Below, in pieces: positions 49,936 through 63,799 of a stretch of 64,000 nt of DNA. The DNA is from Rhina ancylostomus (Eukaryota). The position numbers and the translations under genes are program-made. The notes beneath the pieces are model-generated. The model was given only the letters and a program-made list of their open reading frames with translations, was not told the origin of the DNA and searched no databases. Positions within the stretch are counted from its first letter, which is position 1. Each line of letters starts with the position of its first letter. The DNA lies in contig JARFYF010000118.1 in NCBI GenBank assembly GCA_030265395.1, forward strand, positions 24,277,824-24,341,823, written 5' to 3'.

Positions 49936-52379
49936 TACAACTTGCCTTGATGCAGCACTGAACTATCTCTGTGTGACTTATGTTTTCATTGCTTTATAAA
50001 AAAATCCAAGATGTTGTTGATTCATATTTAATGTTATTAATACAATATTATTTACTACAATAAACAAGTGGGTATCACTTACAAAGCTGGCATTTGTTTC
50101 ACTTTCCCCTATTGTACTGAAGAAATGCTGCTTCTTTAACATTTGATGCAACTGAATAGTTCACTACTCCACTCCAGAGAGAAATTAAGACTTAATCACA
50201 ATGGTGTGGACTGGAGGCAGACGTAGGCAGACCGTTTGAGGACATCAGTGAACTAATTGGGATTGCATGAATGAACGCATGCTTCCAATGTAGAAGCCAT
50301 GTCCAGAAATCACAGTTTTCAATCCAGTGTTATGATACAGCACATCAAAATCAGATGAAGTATTGCCAAGGACAATCTCCATCCCTACAATATTATGCTA
50401 CCTACTTAAGCAGCCCCAAATTAACCAACTCTCTGGCCAAAGTTCATATATAATTTCAATTTAATAATTAATTATTATTGCAATCCCTCCAAGGCCAGAA
50501 AGGTACCAGCTACTGCACTTTTCTAATTTAGTTACACCCTGGTTTTGCAGTGAGATTTAGTTAGCTCAGTTATTGAATAATTTTCAAAGTTGAATATTCA
50601 CAAATAGGAATAGTGCTAAAGGCTGCCCAAACTCTTTTTACAAGGGGCCCAGTAGATAGAATTAAAAGATACAGATTATTACAAAGTAAAAACAGCTTAT
50701 TTTGGACCATCAATTTTGCATTTCTCCAATGTAAATCAAACCCAACCCTGTTTTTGCCATTTTATCAAAACAGATTGCATTCTAATCAATAGTTTATATC
50801 TCAGAAGTTAAAGCATAATATTCTGTTGACTCCTCTGACTAGAATTTTCTCATTGAATAGCAAGCAATGAACACGTTATTATCAATTTATCTTTTGTTAA
50901 TACTAACCTTTTATTAATATTTGTGACAAATATCAACATTATACTTGGAAACATTCACTTAACCTTCATTTAACTCAGGATATTCTAATTTCCTCCAGGC
51001 AGCACATCAAAATAGTATTTCTTAGCTCATCCATCAAGAAAGTCAGGAATCACATCCAAGCCTACTGCTGCACACATCTGACATCCACATTGTCCCATTA
51101 TGCCTAAGATTGTATAGGCTTGGGAAGTCTGGTTATGGCCAATCTTTACTCTCTTTAGTCAGTAGTACTGAGGCCAATTTTGGCATGCCACAACCACCAT
51201 AGTTAAAATCAACAGGCTGAGAATGCAATGAGCACCATGTTTGTACCTTCCTGATCTACAGGGCTCGTTTCTATCCAGAACACCCCATATGCCAAATAAG
51301 CAAAGGGCCAGCCGAGTTCCAGAACTGGTAAAGTTCATTTTATGCAGGGAAAAAAAGACATTGGTAATAAAGCTCATTTCTTCACCACATGCTGTATAGG
51401 CTCAGCTTGGAAGGGTGGATTCTTGGCCAGTCCTTCAAGTGCCACTGAAGAGAAAATCATTGGAAGTGTTTACCCAAATTGTTGATATGCATTCCTAGCA
51501 TTTGAAGCTCAGCAGCAAAGGACATTAATGAAATGACCTGTAACAATTCCAAGTAAATCAAACACCTTTAAAAGCCAAAGGCCAAGGGGGTGTGAATGGT
51601 TATGAGTACAATAGAAATTAAATTTGCATGTACAATTTCCGTAAGCATGGCAGAGCAATCACTTTTCACTTACGCACCACATGGCCTGACTTGCAAGAGA
51701 ATGAGCAAGATCACTATTATATAATATTGTAACAGTGTAAATAAAGAAAAAGTACAGCAATGAAGTGAAATCAACATTTGGAATATAAGACCATACAAAA
51801 CCAGAAAGGGTTATTCTAGTCCATCTGACCTCAAGTCTGAATTGGCCACTGTCACATTTACCCATTCTACTCACCATCTGCCCTTTGCCGGATTCTGTGC
51901 ACCCATTTTCCTATAACGTTTTCTACCCTGCCCATTCAATTCCTTTTATGCCTTCTCCATTACGAATTCTACCTCACACATTTGCTGCACATTAACCATT
52001 GCTCACTGGAGCCATAACACTTGCTTGTTGTTTGGAAGGCTGTGGGTTCCAATCAAGCCAAAATAAAACATAAATACAGAAATTAAATTAACATTCCAGT
52101 TCAATTATCAAAGGAATAATGCATTCTCAGAGCCCTATGATATTGTAGTGTGCCCTAATAGACAATGCTGCAAGGGCAACAAGGACTGTTCCAGTTGTTG
52201 CTTATCTGTTGGAAAAGCTCAGTGTATCCAAGGTCAAAGGCCACAGGCACAACTGAGTGGGCTTTGCACTTATCGGTACTGAAAATATGCCGTATAGTAC
52301 TCCTTTCAGAAGCTGGGATCAAGATGATCAGCGGACACAGGATCCAAATGTGCTTGTGGTCAGTGTTGGTTTGGGACTA

Positions 52380-53560
52380 TAGAACATGAGCATCCTGTTA
52401 TTTGGAAGATTGGAGGCAGAAGGATGGGTTGGGACAAGCAAATGGAAGAACGGAACAAGGAAATGGAAATTTGGAAGGACACTGGGAACCAACAGGTCAG
52501 AAGAAGATGATTGCAGGAAACCAAGGAATAGCAGTTCAGAGAAGGCAATGTGGGTGGAAGCCCAATTATTTGCAAGAAGGCAGGGGTTGGCATCAGAGAT
52601 TGGCACTTCAGAAGCTGACACGTGGAGCAGAAAACTACCAATTCAAAAGAGAGTATCGGGGGGGCTGTAGGCAGGGGGGGCGAAAACAGAAAACAGCAGA
52701 TAGGAACTTGCCATCAGGAAATAAAGGACAGACAGATCACCATAGAAGGTAAGGGTTGAAAATCTGAGAGGGCTGTTTGAAAGAACATTGAGAAGAGAGA
52801 GAAATTTGAAGCAGGTGGACTGGAAAAGGATAGCATGGGGGAAGTCAGGGACTGGAAGAAGGCAGTTGAGGGGAATTAGGGGCTGGCATTTCAGAGGAAA
52901 GTGAGGGATAAAACATGAGGAATAACTGCTTGAAAGAAGTGATGAGAAGAAACTGGGGTGTAACAGTTTGGAGGAAGGCAAGGTGGGAAAGTAAGGGACC
53001 AAAAAATTGGAAGGTGAGAGATGAAAACCATGAAGAGCCAGATCAGAAGAAGATGATGGGGGCCAAAGCAGGGACCGGTAGTTTAGAAAAAGTCTGGGTG
53101 GTAGGTGGTGTGGGAAATGGGGGTGTGATAATTCAGAGAGAAAACACATTGGGTGGGAATGGAGACCAGTAATTTGGAAGGGGAATTGGAATCTGGCAGT
53201 ACAACAGAAAATGGAAAGCATGAATCAAAAACCAACAGTTCGGAATCAGGGACCAACAGTTTGGAAGAAGGTGAGAAGGATCAGAAAGTAGCAGTTTGGA
53301 AGAAAGCAGTGGAGGAGCAGGGAATTGGGGTCTGCTGGATCAGAAGGAAATCGGAGTGAATCAGGAACCAGCAGTTCAGGAGAAGGCAGTGTGGTGGATA
53401 TGGGAAACATGCAGTTCAAAACAAGATACTGGGCAATAAATCTGAGTCTGGTCATTTGGAAGGAGGTGGGAAGAAGCAGGGTCTATCAGTTCAGAAGAAG
53501 GTAGTGGAGAGAATTGAAAACTGGCAGTATGAATGGGAGGTAAACATGAAGATGGGGGTG
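52380..53560. repeat. Degenerate purine-rich tandem repeat
   Basis: Recurring (g)ggaacca(g/a)cagtt(t/c)ggaag(a/g)agg-type units with strong G/A strand bias. Confidence 0.65.
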
Positions 53561-54089
53561 CAGCAGATCAGGGTATAAGGGCCTGACATCAATGCGTTCA
53601 AATGGGTCAAGAGTGAGACTAGGGGTAGTCGGCAACTTGGCATGGAGTGGAGGTGAGGAGACAAAGGATGATGCTAAGTCATTTACTCAACTGGACAATA
53701 GCCCCAGTCTTGACATGGGAACATGTTGTCCCAGGTGTGCCCAACAATGATGCCAATATGGTCAACGTCACACAGAAATCACATCAAGGGTAACTCGCAC
53801 CTGGATGTGCCTGATTCAATTTGATGACCTGGAAATGGTGATTATCACATTTCACTCCCTAAAAGAAAGATTATTTTTACATGTATTATGCTGAAATAAT
53901 GTGGTGTTTAGAAACTAAATTTTAGGCCACTTTCTTTCAGATGAGTAATTATACCACTCAGATAAATGTTAAATATCTCATAGCATCATTTGGAAGAAGA
54001 CATAACCCTGCTGTCCTGACCAATACTTAACCCTATCGTTACCAACACCACCATACCAGTGGAAATCAAACATCTTTAGCCATCTTAAA

Positions 54090-54330
54090 CACCTGAACCG
54101 TTATCTCTGTTTCTGGTCCCGTGGATCTTTCGTGACCTATTGAGTGTTTCCAGTAGTTTCTGTTTATAACAACACACACAAAATGCTGGAGGAACTCAAT
54201 AGGTCAGGCAGGGTCTATGGAGATTGTTCATTTCCCTCCATTAAATGCTGCCTGACCTGCTGAGTTCATCCAACATTTTGTGTGTGTTGCTCCAGATTTC
54301 CAGCATCTGCGGTCTCTTTTGTGTCCCATT
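54090..54330. mobile_element. Younger Penelope-like palindrome (54169-54290) adjoining an older arm
   Basis: caacacacacaaaatgctggaggaactcaataggtcaggcag is the near reverse complement of ctgcctgacctgctgagttcatccaacattttgtgtgtgttg. Confidence 0.75.
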
Positions 54331-55139
54331 TTCTGGTTAGATTTGTCGTTTTTTTTAATGGTTATTGTTGTTTAGGTTAATCAGAAGTACAAATCAACCT
54401 ACTTTTTAATAATTTTACCCAAATGATTCCTTTAAAGTGAAAGTATAAACAAGTTTTCAGTCCATACAAGCTTGTCAATAGTATAAGCCAAGTTCAGAAT
54501 GGTCAAATTCTTCTGTTTTGGGGAAATGAGGGGTTAATGCTCTGTTTTCATCCTATGTGATGTTCTTCTGATCCTTTTCATGGTCAGTCTGCTCCTTTCA
54601 CTTTAGAAAGGTTGTTTCAGACTATTCTTGTTGGCAAATGGAAGCGGGGTAGCTTTTCTACTCACTTTTTCCCACAGTTCAGAGAAACTAATGCTGCAAC
54701 GTCTGATACAGCCATTTCCCACAGATGTTTGTCTTGGAGAAACAGCTGAAATATCTTTAAAAAGCTTCCACATCTCCACAGGAGTAAACTTCCATAGCTT
54801 TCTAAATGGTCTGACGCAGTCAAATGCATTGCAAATTTCTTTAAATGTCATCTAATGGATTTGCTGTCAAGCTAATGCCCTCAGTTTATGTGGACATGGC
54901 AGATCTAACCTGAGGAAGAGCTGAAAGTTCTCCCAGTGTCCTGGCTAAAACTCTTCTCAAGCAATACCACTAAAATAACATAGCAGTCATCTATTTTGCT
55001 GTGGGTTTTGGGAATCTTGCTCTGTGAAAATGGATGCTACATATTTATGAAACAAGTATGGCTCTTCCTTAGGAGTTGTTGGAAGTGAAATTCTTTGTCA
55101 AGCTCCGAAATTGGAGGCCACTTGTCATGGACAGGAATT

Positions 55140-55545
55140 GTATAAGCTGAGCTCTTTTTCCCTGGAATGAAGGAGGTTGAGGGGTGACCTAATAGAATTA
55201 TATAGGATTATAAGAGGCATAGGAATGGTAAGTAGTCAAAATCTTTTTTGAGGGCAAGAGGGCATAGGTTTAAGGTGAAAGGAAGAGTTTTAAAGGAGAT
55301 CTGAGGGGCAAGTTTATTTAAACAGAGGATGGTTGATATCTGGAACTTGTTGCCGGAGGAGGTAGTTAAATCAGATACCATTGCTATAGCTAAGAGTCAT
55401 TTAGAGAGATTTTAAATGGACAAGACATAGAAGAATAAGTCTAAATGAAGGCAAATGGGATTAGTGTGGATGGGCAACGTGTCAGCATGGACAAGGAGAG
55501 CCGAAAGGCCTGTTTGTGGACGATACAACTCTAGACTCTGTGCTT
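55140..55545 (+). mobile_element. CR1 LINE 3' end
   Basis: LFSLE*RRLRGDLIELYRIIRGI..RMVDIWNLLPEEVV plus tail. Confidence 0.85.
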
Positions 55546-57899
55546 CTATGAAAATGTAAACAAAGTCCTTTCTGCTGATGAATCATTTACTTTCTCTATC
55601 TTTAATCATTCCAGAGCATCAGTGCTGCTGTTTTCCTGCATCTACTTCTCGTACTTGAGGATGAGATAAATGACAGATTTTATCTGTAGATTATCTGAGT
55701 GTGAGAAAGTATTTTACAAGACAGCAAGTCAGTTGAGCTGATAAACAAATTCTGGCTCCAAATGTCTATTTTTAGTTGCATGGGAATATATTATTCTTCC
55801 TTTTGAAAAAGAACAGTTGATGGCATGTGGCATGATGAATTTGTTGGAGGAAGTGAAGATTGACCGCCGTGCTTGCCCATACAATACAAACCATAACCAA
55901 TGGAAACCACTGGCATTCAGCCATTTAACATGAAGTAAATCCTGGACCTAATGCACACGTGCAGTCAGAACTGGCCCAGGATCTGAGACCTAGGCTGTCT
56001 CTAAGCTGTTACAGATTGCTCAGCCAAAAAAAACAGACCATCCTTTATTGAAGGCAGTAATTCTGAATTAAATGAGAGCATCTGGTACAACAATATATCA
56101 AAGTTTGTTACACTAGTTCTTAATGGTGATTTTACAGATATATACACTACATCACTTCCCCTTTTAAATAAAGAATCCCTTTCAAATCATTAACTATTTA
56201 TATCAACATACAGTTGCAGATTTAACCAACTATAAATTCACTCTATCACTCAGTCTTTTCATTCACTGAACTCATAACTGCAAACTGCACTTGACAACTC
56301 TGAAATAGCCACTCCTGACACTATTAATTCCAATGGGTCACTTCTCCATGTAGGCCTCACACATACCTAGCCCCACATACTGTTCTGAAATTATAATCTC
56401 AACATAATTATTTTCATAACTGCAGATATATCATATAATGTATTCTCGACCATCATCTTCTTTGTGCTACAATGTATGAAACAAATTGTTCATGAAATAA
56501 AAACTTAACAAAGCAATGAAAACATTTTATCACCTAGTAGTTGTATTTACAGTTGTATATTATTGGATACTATAAATCCAATAGCAATAACTTCTGCAAA
56601 GTTGTTTCTTTTTATTTTTCTGTATTTTCTCCAAGGTTTTTAACCCTGATGGGTTTTGTTCTGTCTTATCACACTCTGACCAGAAGGCCCATGCCTGCCG
56701 TGACATCCATCATAGGATTTTCACATATTTGGAACTGCATTATATTGCAGTGGAGTTCTCTCATAAAGTATCCAACTCAATGTATGATTGATTCAGTCCA
56801 TTTAGCAATCCTGTGAATAACAGGGAGTCTCGTTTCCATCAGCATCATCTGTGCCAGACTCAGCTTGTTACAGCACCTAATGCTGAGCCTTTTGCTTCAC
56901 ACTTTGTTTGTGAACTCTTACAAAGGCACATCTGTTGTTCTGAAACTTTTGCAAACTAGCTTCCTCTTATGGTTTAAACAGATAATGGACTCTCCCTATG
57001 AAGTGCTTGCCGATGAATATTTTTCAGTACTCCTACTGTTCTGACATTGTCAAATCATTGTCCAAATGCTGGCATTGATTTAGGTTATTCATTATGGATC
57101 ATCTTCCACTGGAATTAGACTCAGACTGTCTTTTCATCTGGGACAGTCCACCCTGATTTTATTGTCTGGCCAGCTTGGTAATGTGTTTTGCAGATCTGTT
57201 TCATAAATTCATGGTGGCATCTGTGGGCACTTTCTGCCTGAGTATCCCACTGCCATGATGTCGCCAATCCTGCTTTGATTGTTGATCTGAAGTAGACTTA
57301 TGCCCTGCCATCAGACACCCAAACAGTCAGCTCTGTAAATCCATGAGTTTCAATAAATGCACCCTTTGTGTCCTTGAAAATATATAATATTGCACAATAA
57401 TACTGCACAATATTATCCACTGTCATTGCAAATCTACTATCTACTTCAGGAGATATCACATTCCTATTCACAGTCATACTGATTTACCACAGCCTTTCGG
57501 TCGACTTTGTGTACTTCCTTTAAATTTCTTAGTATACAATGTGCACATGCTTCAGCCAAGTTTTTGCCTTACCTCCACTCAGGAAGGTCTCAAGTTTAAC
57601 GGCTTGCCTCTCTTCACATTGCTCAACAGAAGATTGTCATCAAATTCCATTGGCAATGATGCTGGTGCATCACTACCTGTACCTCACTCACCATACCTGC
57701 CCTCTTGGAGAGAGTAATTGTATTCACTGTACTTTCATCCCAGATTTTTCTCAGTGTCTCAGGGAGTTGCTTAGTAGCCATCAATCTACCATTTCTCATA
57801 CTTACCTTGTTGGAGCTGCAGTCTATATGGTTTACAAGGATGGGACCAATGCTACCCCGGAAGCAATTGGCCTGCTACCAAATGGCTCCTTGATCCATG

Positions 57900-58900
57900 G
57901 CTATGTCCCTGTCAAAAATGCAGTTGTGACTCAGTGCAGTGTATCTTCACAATTTCTAAATGTTCATAGCTCATTACTATGACAGACAACTGGTCCCATA
58001 TGTCTCCTCTAGAGATCCAACACTTCACTTCCCCCTAACTTATAGGACCCCTCCTGCATAAGAGCCCACAACATTTTGCTTTATCTGAATAGAAAATTGT
58101 AGAGGTATTTCAGGTGCATACCCTTGCCAGCTATAATGCGATTACACAGTATCAATGTGCATATTTAAAGTTGCGTCCTCAATCGCAACATACCATCCTT
58201 ATCACTTTCCTTGGGTGTTCAATAGCATTCAGCATTCCTGTTTCAACCTCTTCACTTTCTGATTCTACCATGATCACAATTGCCCAGAGGAAATCTTCCT
58301 TGACCTTTCCCCAGGACAATTATAGAACCATATCATCTTAGACAGACATTCCAAGACTCCCATCATATCCATTACAAGGCCTCCCACCTTTTGTACTCAC
58401 ATGACACACAGATTTCTGCATTTGGCATTCATGTGACCTCGTGGCTTCTTAACGAACTCACTTGTATCAATCAAGTGTTTCAATCACAAAGAAGAACAGT
58501 TTATCATTGCTGTTTCAGTGGGCTTGATCTCTGCTTATACCTCGCGACTGTGCTCTGAGCAAATCTGCTTACATTTTTAAGTGCCATCCCCATACTGGGG
58601 GGGCCAAACAACATCCTCCCTTGAATGTGAGATTTACTGTATAAGGTGGTTTAACCAGATGTTTATGCAGCACCCAATCTGAAAAAGTCTGGCTATGGTT
58701 TTTAACCTGACTTCATATTCACCAAGTATATCATCTTGGTCTCTGGTTTCACATGTCAAACTTGCAGTTCTTGAAAATCTCTGTCATTCACTCACTGGAA
58801 CATTCCACTCATTCTATATCTTGGCCAAATGGCTGAGTTCAACCATATCTCTCAAGTTCACCAACAAAACCCAAAAATCCACTGCCTGCCATAATTATTG
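57900..58900 (-). mobile_element. Decayed Ty3/Gypsy gag-protease remnant
   Basis: Reverse-strand fragments MAGSGFLGFVGELERY, KFDM*NQR / DDILGEYEVRLKTIARLFQIG (gag-like), MHIDT (protease DTG-like) and SYAGGVL*VRG; many stops and frameshifts. Confidence 0.55.
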
Positions 58901-60429
58901 GTCTACCTGGAGGATCCCTTTCTCTACGTCCCTCACGTGGCATCACTGTACAACTACTCTCTCAGGCAGGAAGATCCCAAACCCCACTCCAGTACAGTGA
59001 CTGTAGGCTGCAATGTATTGCAGCTTGCTCAACCAAGTGGCATGCTCAACCAAGTACAATTACCTATCAAAGGCATACCGCATAGGGCACTCATTTCTTA
59101 AAGGTACTCTTATGCTTATTTATATTACAGAGGCCGAAGTTTCGGAGGCAATGGGAAGTTTAAGTGCTCTTTCTAAATTATTTTAACTCCACCTGGCTTT
59201 GCCTTCTGCCAGGGGTGTTTCAGGGATAGGACTTCTGCAGTGTACACCCACAGTCTAGTCTTGGTTCAGGATTTAATACTACATTCTAAATAAGCAACTG
59301 CAAATGAGAAAGTACCACCATCAGCAATTCCATAAACCAGATCCAGTCCAGTGAATTATGGCCCCTTAGTCAAAGGATATGCAAATTTACACCAACAAAA
59401 GGGAATATTTGGCCCATAGCAGCTCTCAACTCACAGTATTTTCCTTTCCCCTTTTACAAATATCGATCAATTTCTCCTTCACATGCAAACAAAAATTCTG
59501 CCCATACCCCTGTTTCTGGGTAAGGCAATTTCACATAATAACAACCATCAGTGTTAATAAATGTCTTGTAACCTCACTGTACAGCAAAGTCATTTATATC
59601 AGATAATGTACTTTGAGAATTCTATGAACGATGTGACCTAGAGCATTTGTTATGTTTTTGGACTAGTAATCCTGAAGAGGTAAATTCTCCCTTCCNNNNN
59701 NNNNNNNNNNNNNNNNNNNNNNNNNNNNNNNNNNNNNNNNNNNNNNNNNNNNNNNNNNNNNNNNNNNNNNNNNNNNNNNNNNNNNNNNNNNNNNNGCCAG
59801 ACCAATTTGAGAATTTGCATATGTTTCAAAATCTGGAAATAAAAGGCTGATAAAAGTGGCAAAAGAATGGTGGATTGCCCTAAAATCTTAACTGGTTTAC
59901 TATCTTTACTAGCTCTGGTAATTCTCCACAGTCTGGCCCATCTACTGTATCACTCTAGTCCACTGCTAGCATAGTTAATTCTTAACTGCCTGCTCAGGTG
60001 TCTCAGCATGTTTAGTAGTTGTTTCACAAAATGTAAGAACATAAGAATTAGAAGCAGTTGGAGGACAGACAGCACCTCGAGCTTGCTCCACCACTCAATA
60101 AAATTGTAGCTGATTTAATCATTGGTCTGAATTGTGCTTTCCTGCCTGATCACATAAGTTTTGATTCCCCTGAAGTGTTTTTAATAAATGGTTAAGCATC
60201 TCTAGGCTCTTTACTGCAGCTGCTTACTGAGGAAGATGAATGAGGAAGATCTACCAAGAGAACATAGTTTATGGAAGGCAGTAAACACTTTACTAACAGC
60301 AGTGGCAGATATAACAATGCATCAAAATCATACCATGTAGTTAACTCATTGTTGAATATGTGCTGACACTTATATACCATACTCTTTCTCTTTAAAAAGG
60401 AAATAAACTCATACAAGTCATCACCTATT

Positions 60430-60780
60430 TATTGGTATTGGTTTATTATTGTCACTTGTACCTAGGTACAGTGAAAAACTTGCTTTGCATACTAATCATA
60501 CAGGTCAATTCATTATACAGTGCGGGTACATTGAGTTTCAGTGCAGAGTGCATTGAGGTAGTACAGGTAAAAACAATAACAGTACAGAGTAAAGTGTCAC
60601 AGTTACAGAGGAAGTGTAGTGCAGGTAGACAATAAGGTGCAAGGTCATAACAAGGTAGATTGAGAGGTCAGAGTCCATTTCATCATAAAAGGGAACTGTT
60701 CAATAGTCTTATCACAGTGGAATAGAAGCTGTCCTTGAGCCTGATGGTATGTGCCCTCAGGCTCCTGTATCTTCTGCATA
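60430..60780 (-). mobile_element. Rex1/Babar LINE 3' end
   Basis: Reverse strand encodes RRYRSLRAHTIRLKDSFYST (Rex1 C-terminal motif) and ends in gtgacaataataaaccaatacc. Confidence 0.8.
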
Positions 60781-61999
60781 TCTTTTACATATACACATTT
60801 ACGCAATGTATCAAATTCTTACTTTGTACACACAGTTAACAATTCAATCAGTTATAAGGTCAATCAATCTGTAGTTTTCTTAATCTCTGAGATCACATCA
60901 ACAGCAAAGATCTGTTGGTCATCCTGAAGTGTCCACTTCATGTGTCCTCTTCCTGTAAGCTGTGTCATCCACTCACCTTTGGGTCTCCTTTGCCTCTGCT
61001 GAACCACTTTATGATATCCTAATTGTTTTGTCACTAGTTCCTTAATATTGAATTTCAACATTTACCCAATGGATCTCTTTTCCTTTTTCATAATGGTATA
61101 TATTTTTGTTGCTAATTATGAAATATTTCTTTACATGTCTGACTCTGCTCATTTTGTTTACCAATTCATTTTAGCCCTCTCGTACTTTATATCTCCATCT
61201 CCGCCTTAATTTAAGTTCAAGACCTTAGTTTTGGCCTCATGTTTGTTACCTTCAAAGTAAATGTGAAATTCTATCATGTTATCATCATTCTTTCTCAGAG
61301 GAAAATTTTCTACGAGATCAGGAATCATGCATTATCAGCAGCCTTGAATGCTTTCCGTGAATTTATCCACCAGATTACCTCTGCCAAAATGATTACTTCA
61401 ATATACATGAATATTAATGTCACCCATGATTACCAAATTATCTTGGATGCAGGACCTCAATATTTCTTGATTGTTAGATGGTCTGTAGGATACTCCCAAT
61501 ATTGATTTCTTTCCTTTGCTCTTTCCTACGTTCATCTAAATTGATTCAATTTCTTGATTTTTAGAGCCAAAATCATTTCTCACCACTGTCAGAATTTCAT
61601 CCCTTCTAATCAGAAGTATTTCATCTCCTTTTACATTGTAGTGTTCTTCTAAAATGTCAATTAACCTGGAATATTCTGTTTCCAGCCTTGGTGACTCAAC
61701 AATATCTCTGTAATCATTATCAAAACGTACCCATTTATCTTTATTTGTGCCTTTAATTCATCTTTGTTATGGATGCTTTCTTTGTGCATTCAGATGTGTT
61801 TTAAGTTTGACTTTACCATTACTCCCTCCTTTGATTTCCTGCTTCATCTTGTTATTGCATACTCTGTCCCTTCCAACCCCTCCCACATTCTGGTTATTAT
61901 TGTCCATATCACTACCATTTGCACTACCATTTGCACTACCATTGACATCAGTGGGAGGGAAATTGTCAGAATATGCTGTTATGGTGACTGTTACAGAGA

Positions 62000-62400
62000 T
62001 GGAAATATAAAGTACGAGAGGGCTAAAATCATTATACAGCTGTGACAAGACAGAGTTATAAAAGGATAATGTGTTTGAAAAATCTGCTAGCATTTTTATG
62101 AAGTTGTAACAAATAGACCACATAAAGGGAAATAGCCATATTTCAAATGATATCAAGCTAAGTGCACCAGATAGAATGCACTTGATAAGCTGCCACATGA
62201 AAAGTTATTGGATAAATTAATGTTTATGGAATTGGGGGTGATATCATAATATTCATTAAAGATTGGTTAATGGGGAGAAGACTGAGTGTAGGAATAAATG
62301 GTTCATTGACAGATTTTCACATTGTAAAAGAGGATCACTACTTGTGCCTCAGCTATTTGTAATTTATATCCACTTTGGTAGGATAAATCAGAATATTCTT
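62000..62400 (+). mobile_element. CR1 LINE RT fragment, decayed
   Basis: DKLPH..LLDKL..GIGGDII..IKDWLMGR..RVGING..RGSLLVPQLFVIYI motifs. Confidence 0.6.
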
Positions 62401-62671
62401 GAAAGGTGTGAAAACAAGAGCAAAATTTTGTGGATGCTAGGAATTTGAAAATAAAAACTGAAAGTGGTGATAATACTTAGTAGGTTAAGCAACAGAAGTT
62501 GAACCAGAAGTATTGTTAACTTCTTCTCTCTTCACAGATGCTGTTTAAATCATCCTTTCATTTTCAAATAAGTCATCACATTTTTAGTTTGATATTACAA
62601 AGAAATATTTATTTACCTCCCCAACTGCTACAAGAAAATAATTATACTTTGAGGATTTTCAGTTTAGTTAT

Positions 62672-62815
62672 AGAACCATAGAACCATAGAACAATACAGC
62701 ACAATACAGGTGCTTCGGCCCATCATGTTGTGCCATCCATCAAACCACACCTCACACTATCTAACCCTTTTCTCCCACAAGTCCGTCTATCCCACATTCC
62801 TCCATATGCTTATCC
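62672..62815 (-). mobile_element. Young CR1/SINE 3' tail
   Basis: agaaccatagaaccatagaacaatacagcacaatacagg..cttcggccc is the reverse complement of a CR1-type tail with 8-bp terminal repeats. Confidence 0.7.
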
Positions 62816-63799
62816 NNNNNNNNNNNNNNNNNNNNNNNNNNNNNNNNNNNNNNNNNNNNNNNNNNNNNNNNNNNNNNNNNNNNNNNNNNNNNNNNNNNNN
62901 NNNNNNNNNNNNNNNTATACCACATCTACCTCACTTCCCTCATCAATCTTCCTTGTCATGAGAGACTATGAAGTGTTGGTTTCCTAAAGGATCCCTGTGT
63001 TCAAACACACAGGAAGTGGAAATGCAGCATCCAGGTATGGCAAGAAATTAGGGAAAAAACTGATATGTTAGTCTTTATTGCAACGAGATTAAAAAGAGTA
63101 AAGAAGTCCTATTGCAATTATGTACAGCCTTAAATTTAGGCTTCTTCAGCAGTATCTCCCAGCCCTCCAACCGCTGTCAGAAAGAAAAAGAGCAACTATA
63201 TCTGGGAATACCATCACCTTCATGTTTCCTTCCAATTCACACTCAACACAATGGCATATGCAAATATTCCAGTTTCTTCATCAGCAAAAGCTCAAAATAT
63301 CTGTCAGCCAAAAAATTTAAAAAAGTTAAAACTGAAGGAATTATAGGTGATTGGAAGAAGCACTTACATTGAAGCTGCACTAATGGCAAATTCTGGAGCG
63401 CACATCCTCAGATCACGTAACCAATGACTTGGCTATTTCTTGATGTCATATGAAGTGAATGAAGTTGGCTGAAGACTGGCTTTTACAAAGGTCAACAGGA
63501 AGAGGTATATTATCCACTGAGTGTTTTTGGTGAAGATAGTTGAATGTTGTCACTCAAGGCCATCGTGAAACTATTTGCACCACAAAGACTGCCACAGCCC
63601 AAGGGGCCTGCATTATTTGTTTTCTCGTGGTAGTTGGGGAGAAAAGTAAATACATCCTTGTAAGTTCAAACAAAATGTATGATGGCTTTCCACAAGGTCA
63701 AGAACATCAATAGATCCATCCAAAATGACGAGAAGGCACCCTTATTTGGAAGGATTGGTACAACTTTAGAGAGTGGTGAATCACGTTTCTAGGAAAAGA

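Noticed and set aside
52328-53455. Cluster of long overlapping ORFs (up to 192 aa)
   Set aside because: By-product of a low-complexity tandem repeat; no recognisable domain.
61910-61945. 12-bp tandem repeat (actaccatttgc) within a 143-aa minus-strand ORF
   Set aside because: Simple slippage repeat among decayed LINE sequence; the ORF has no recognisable homology.
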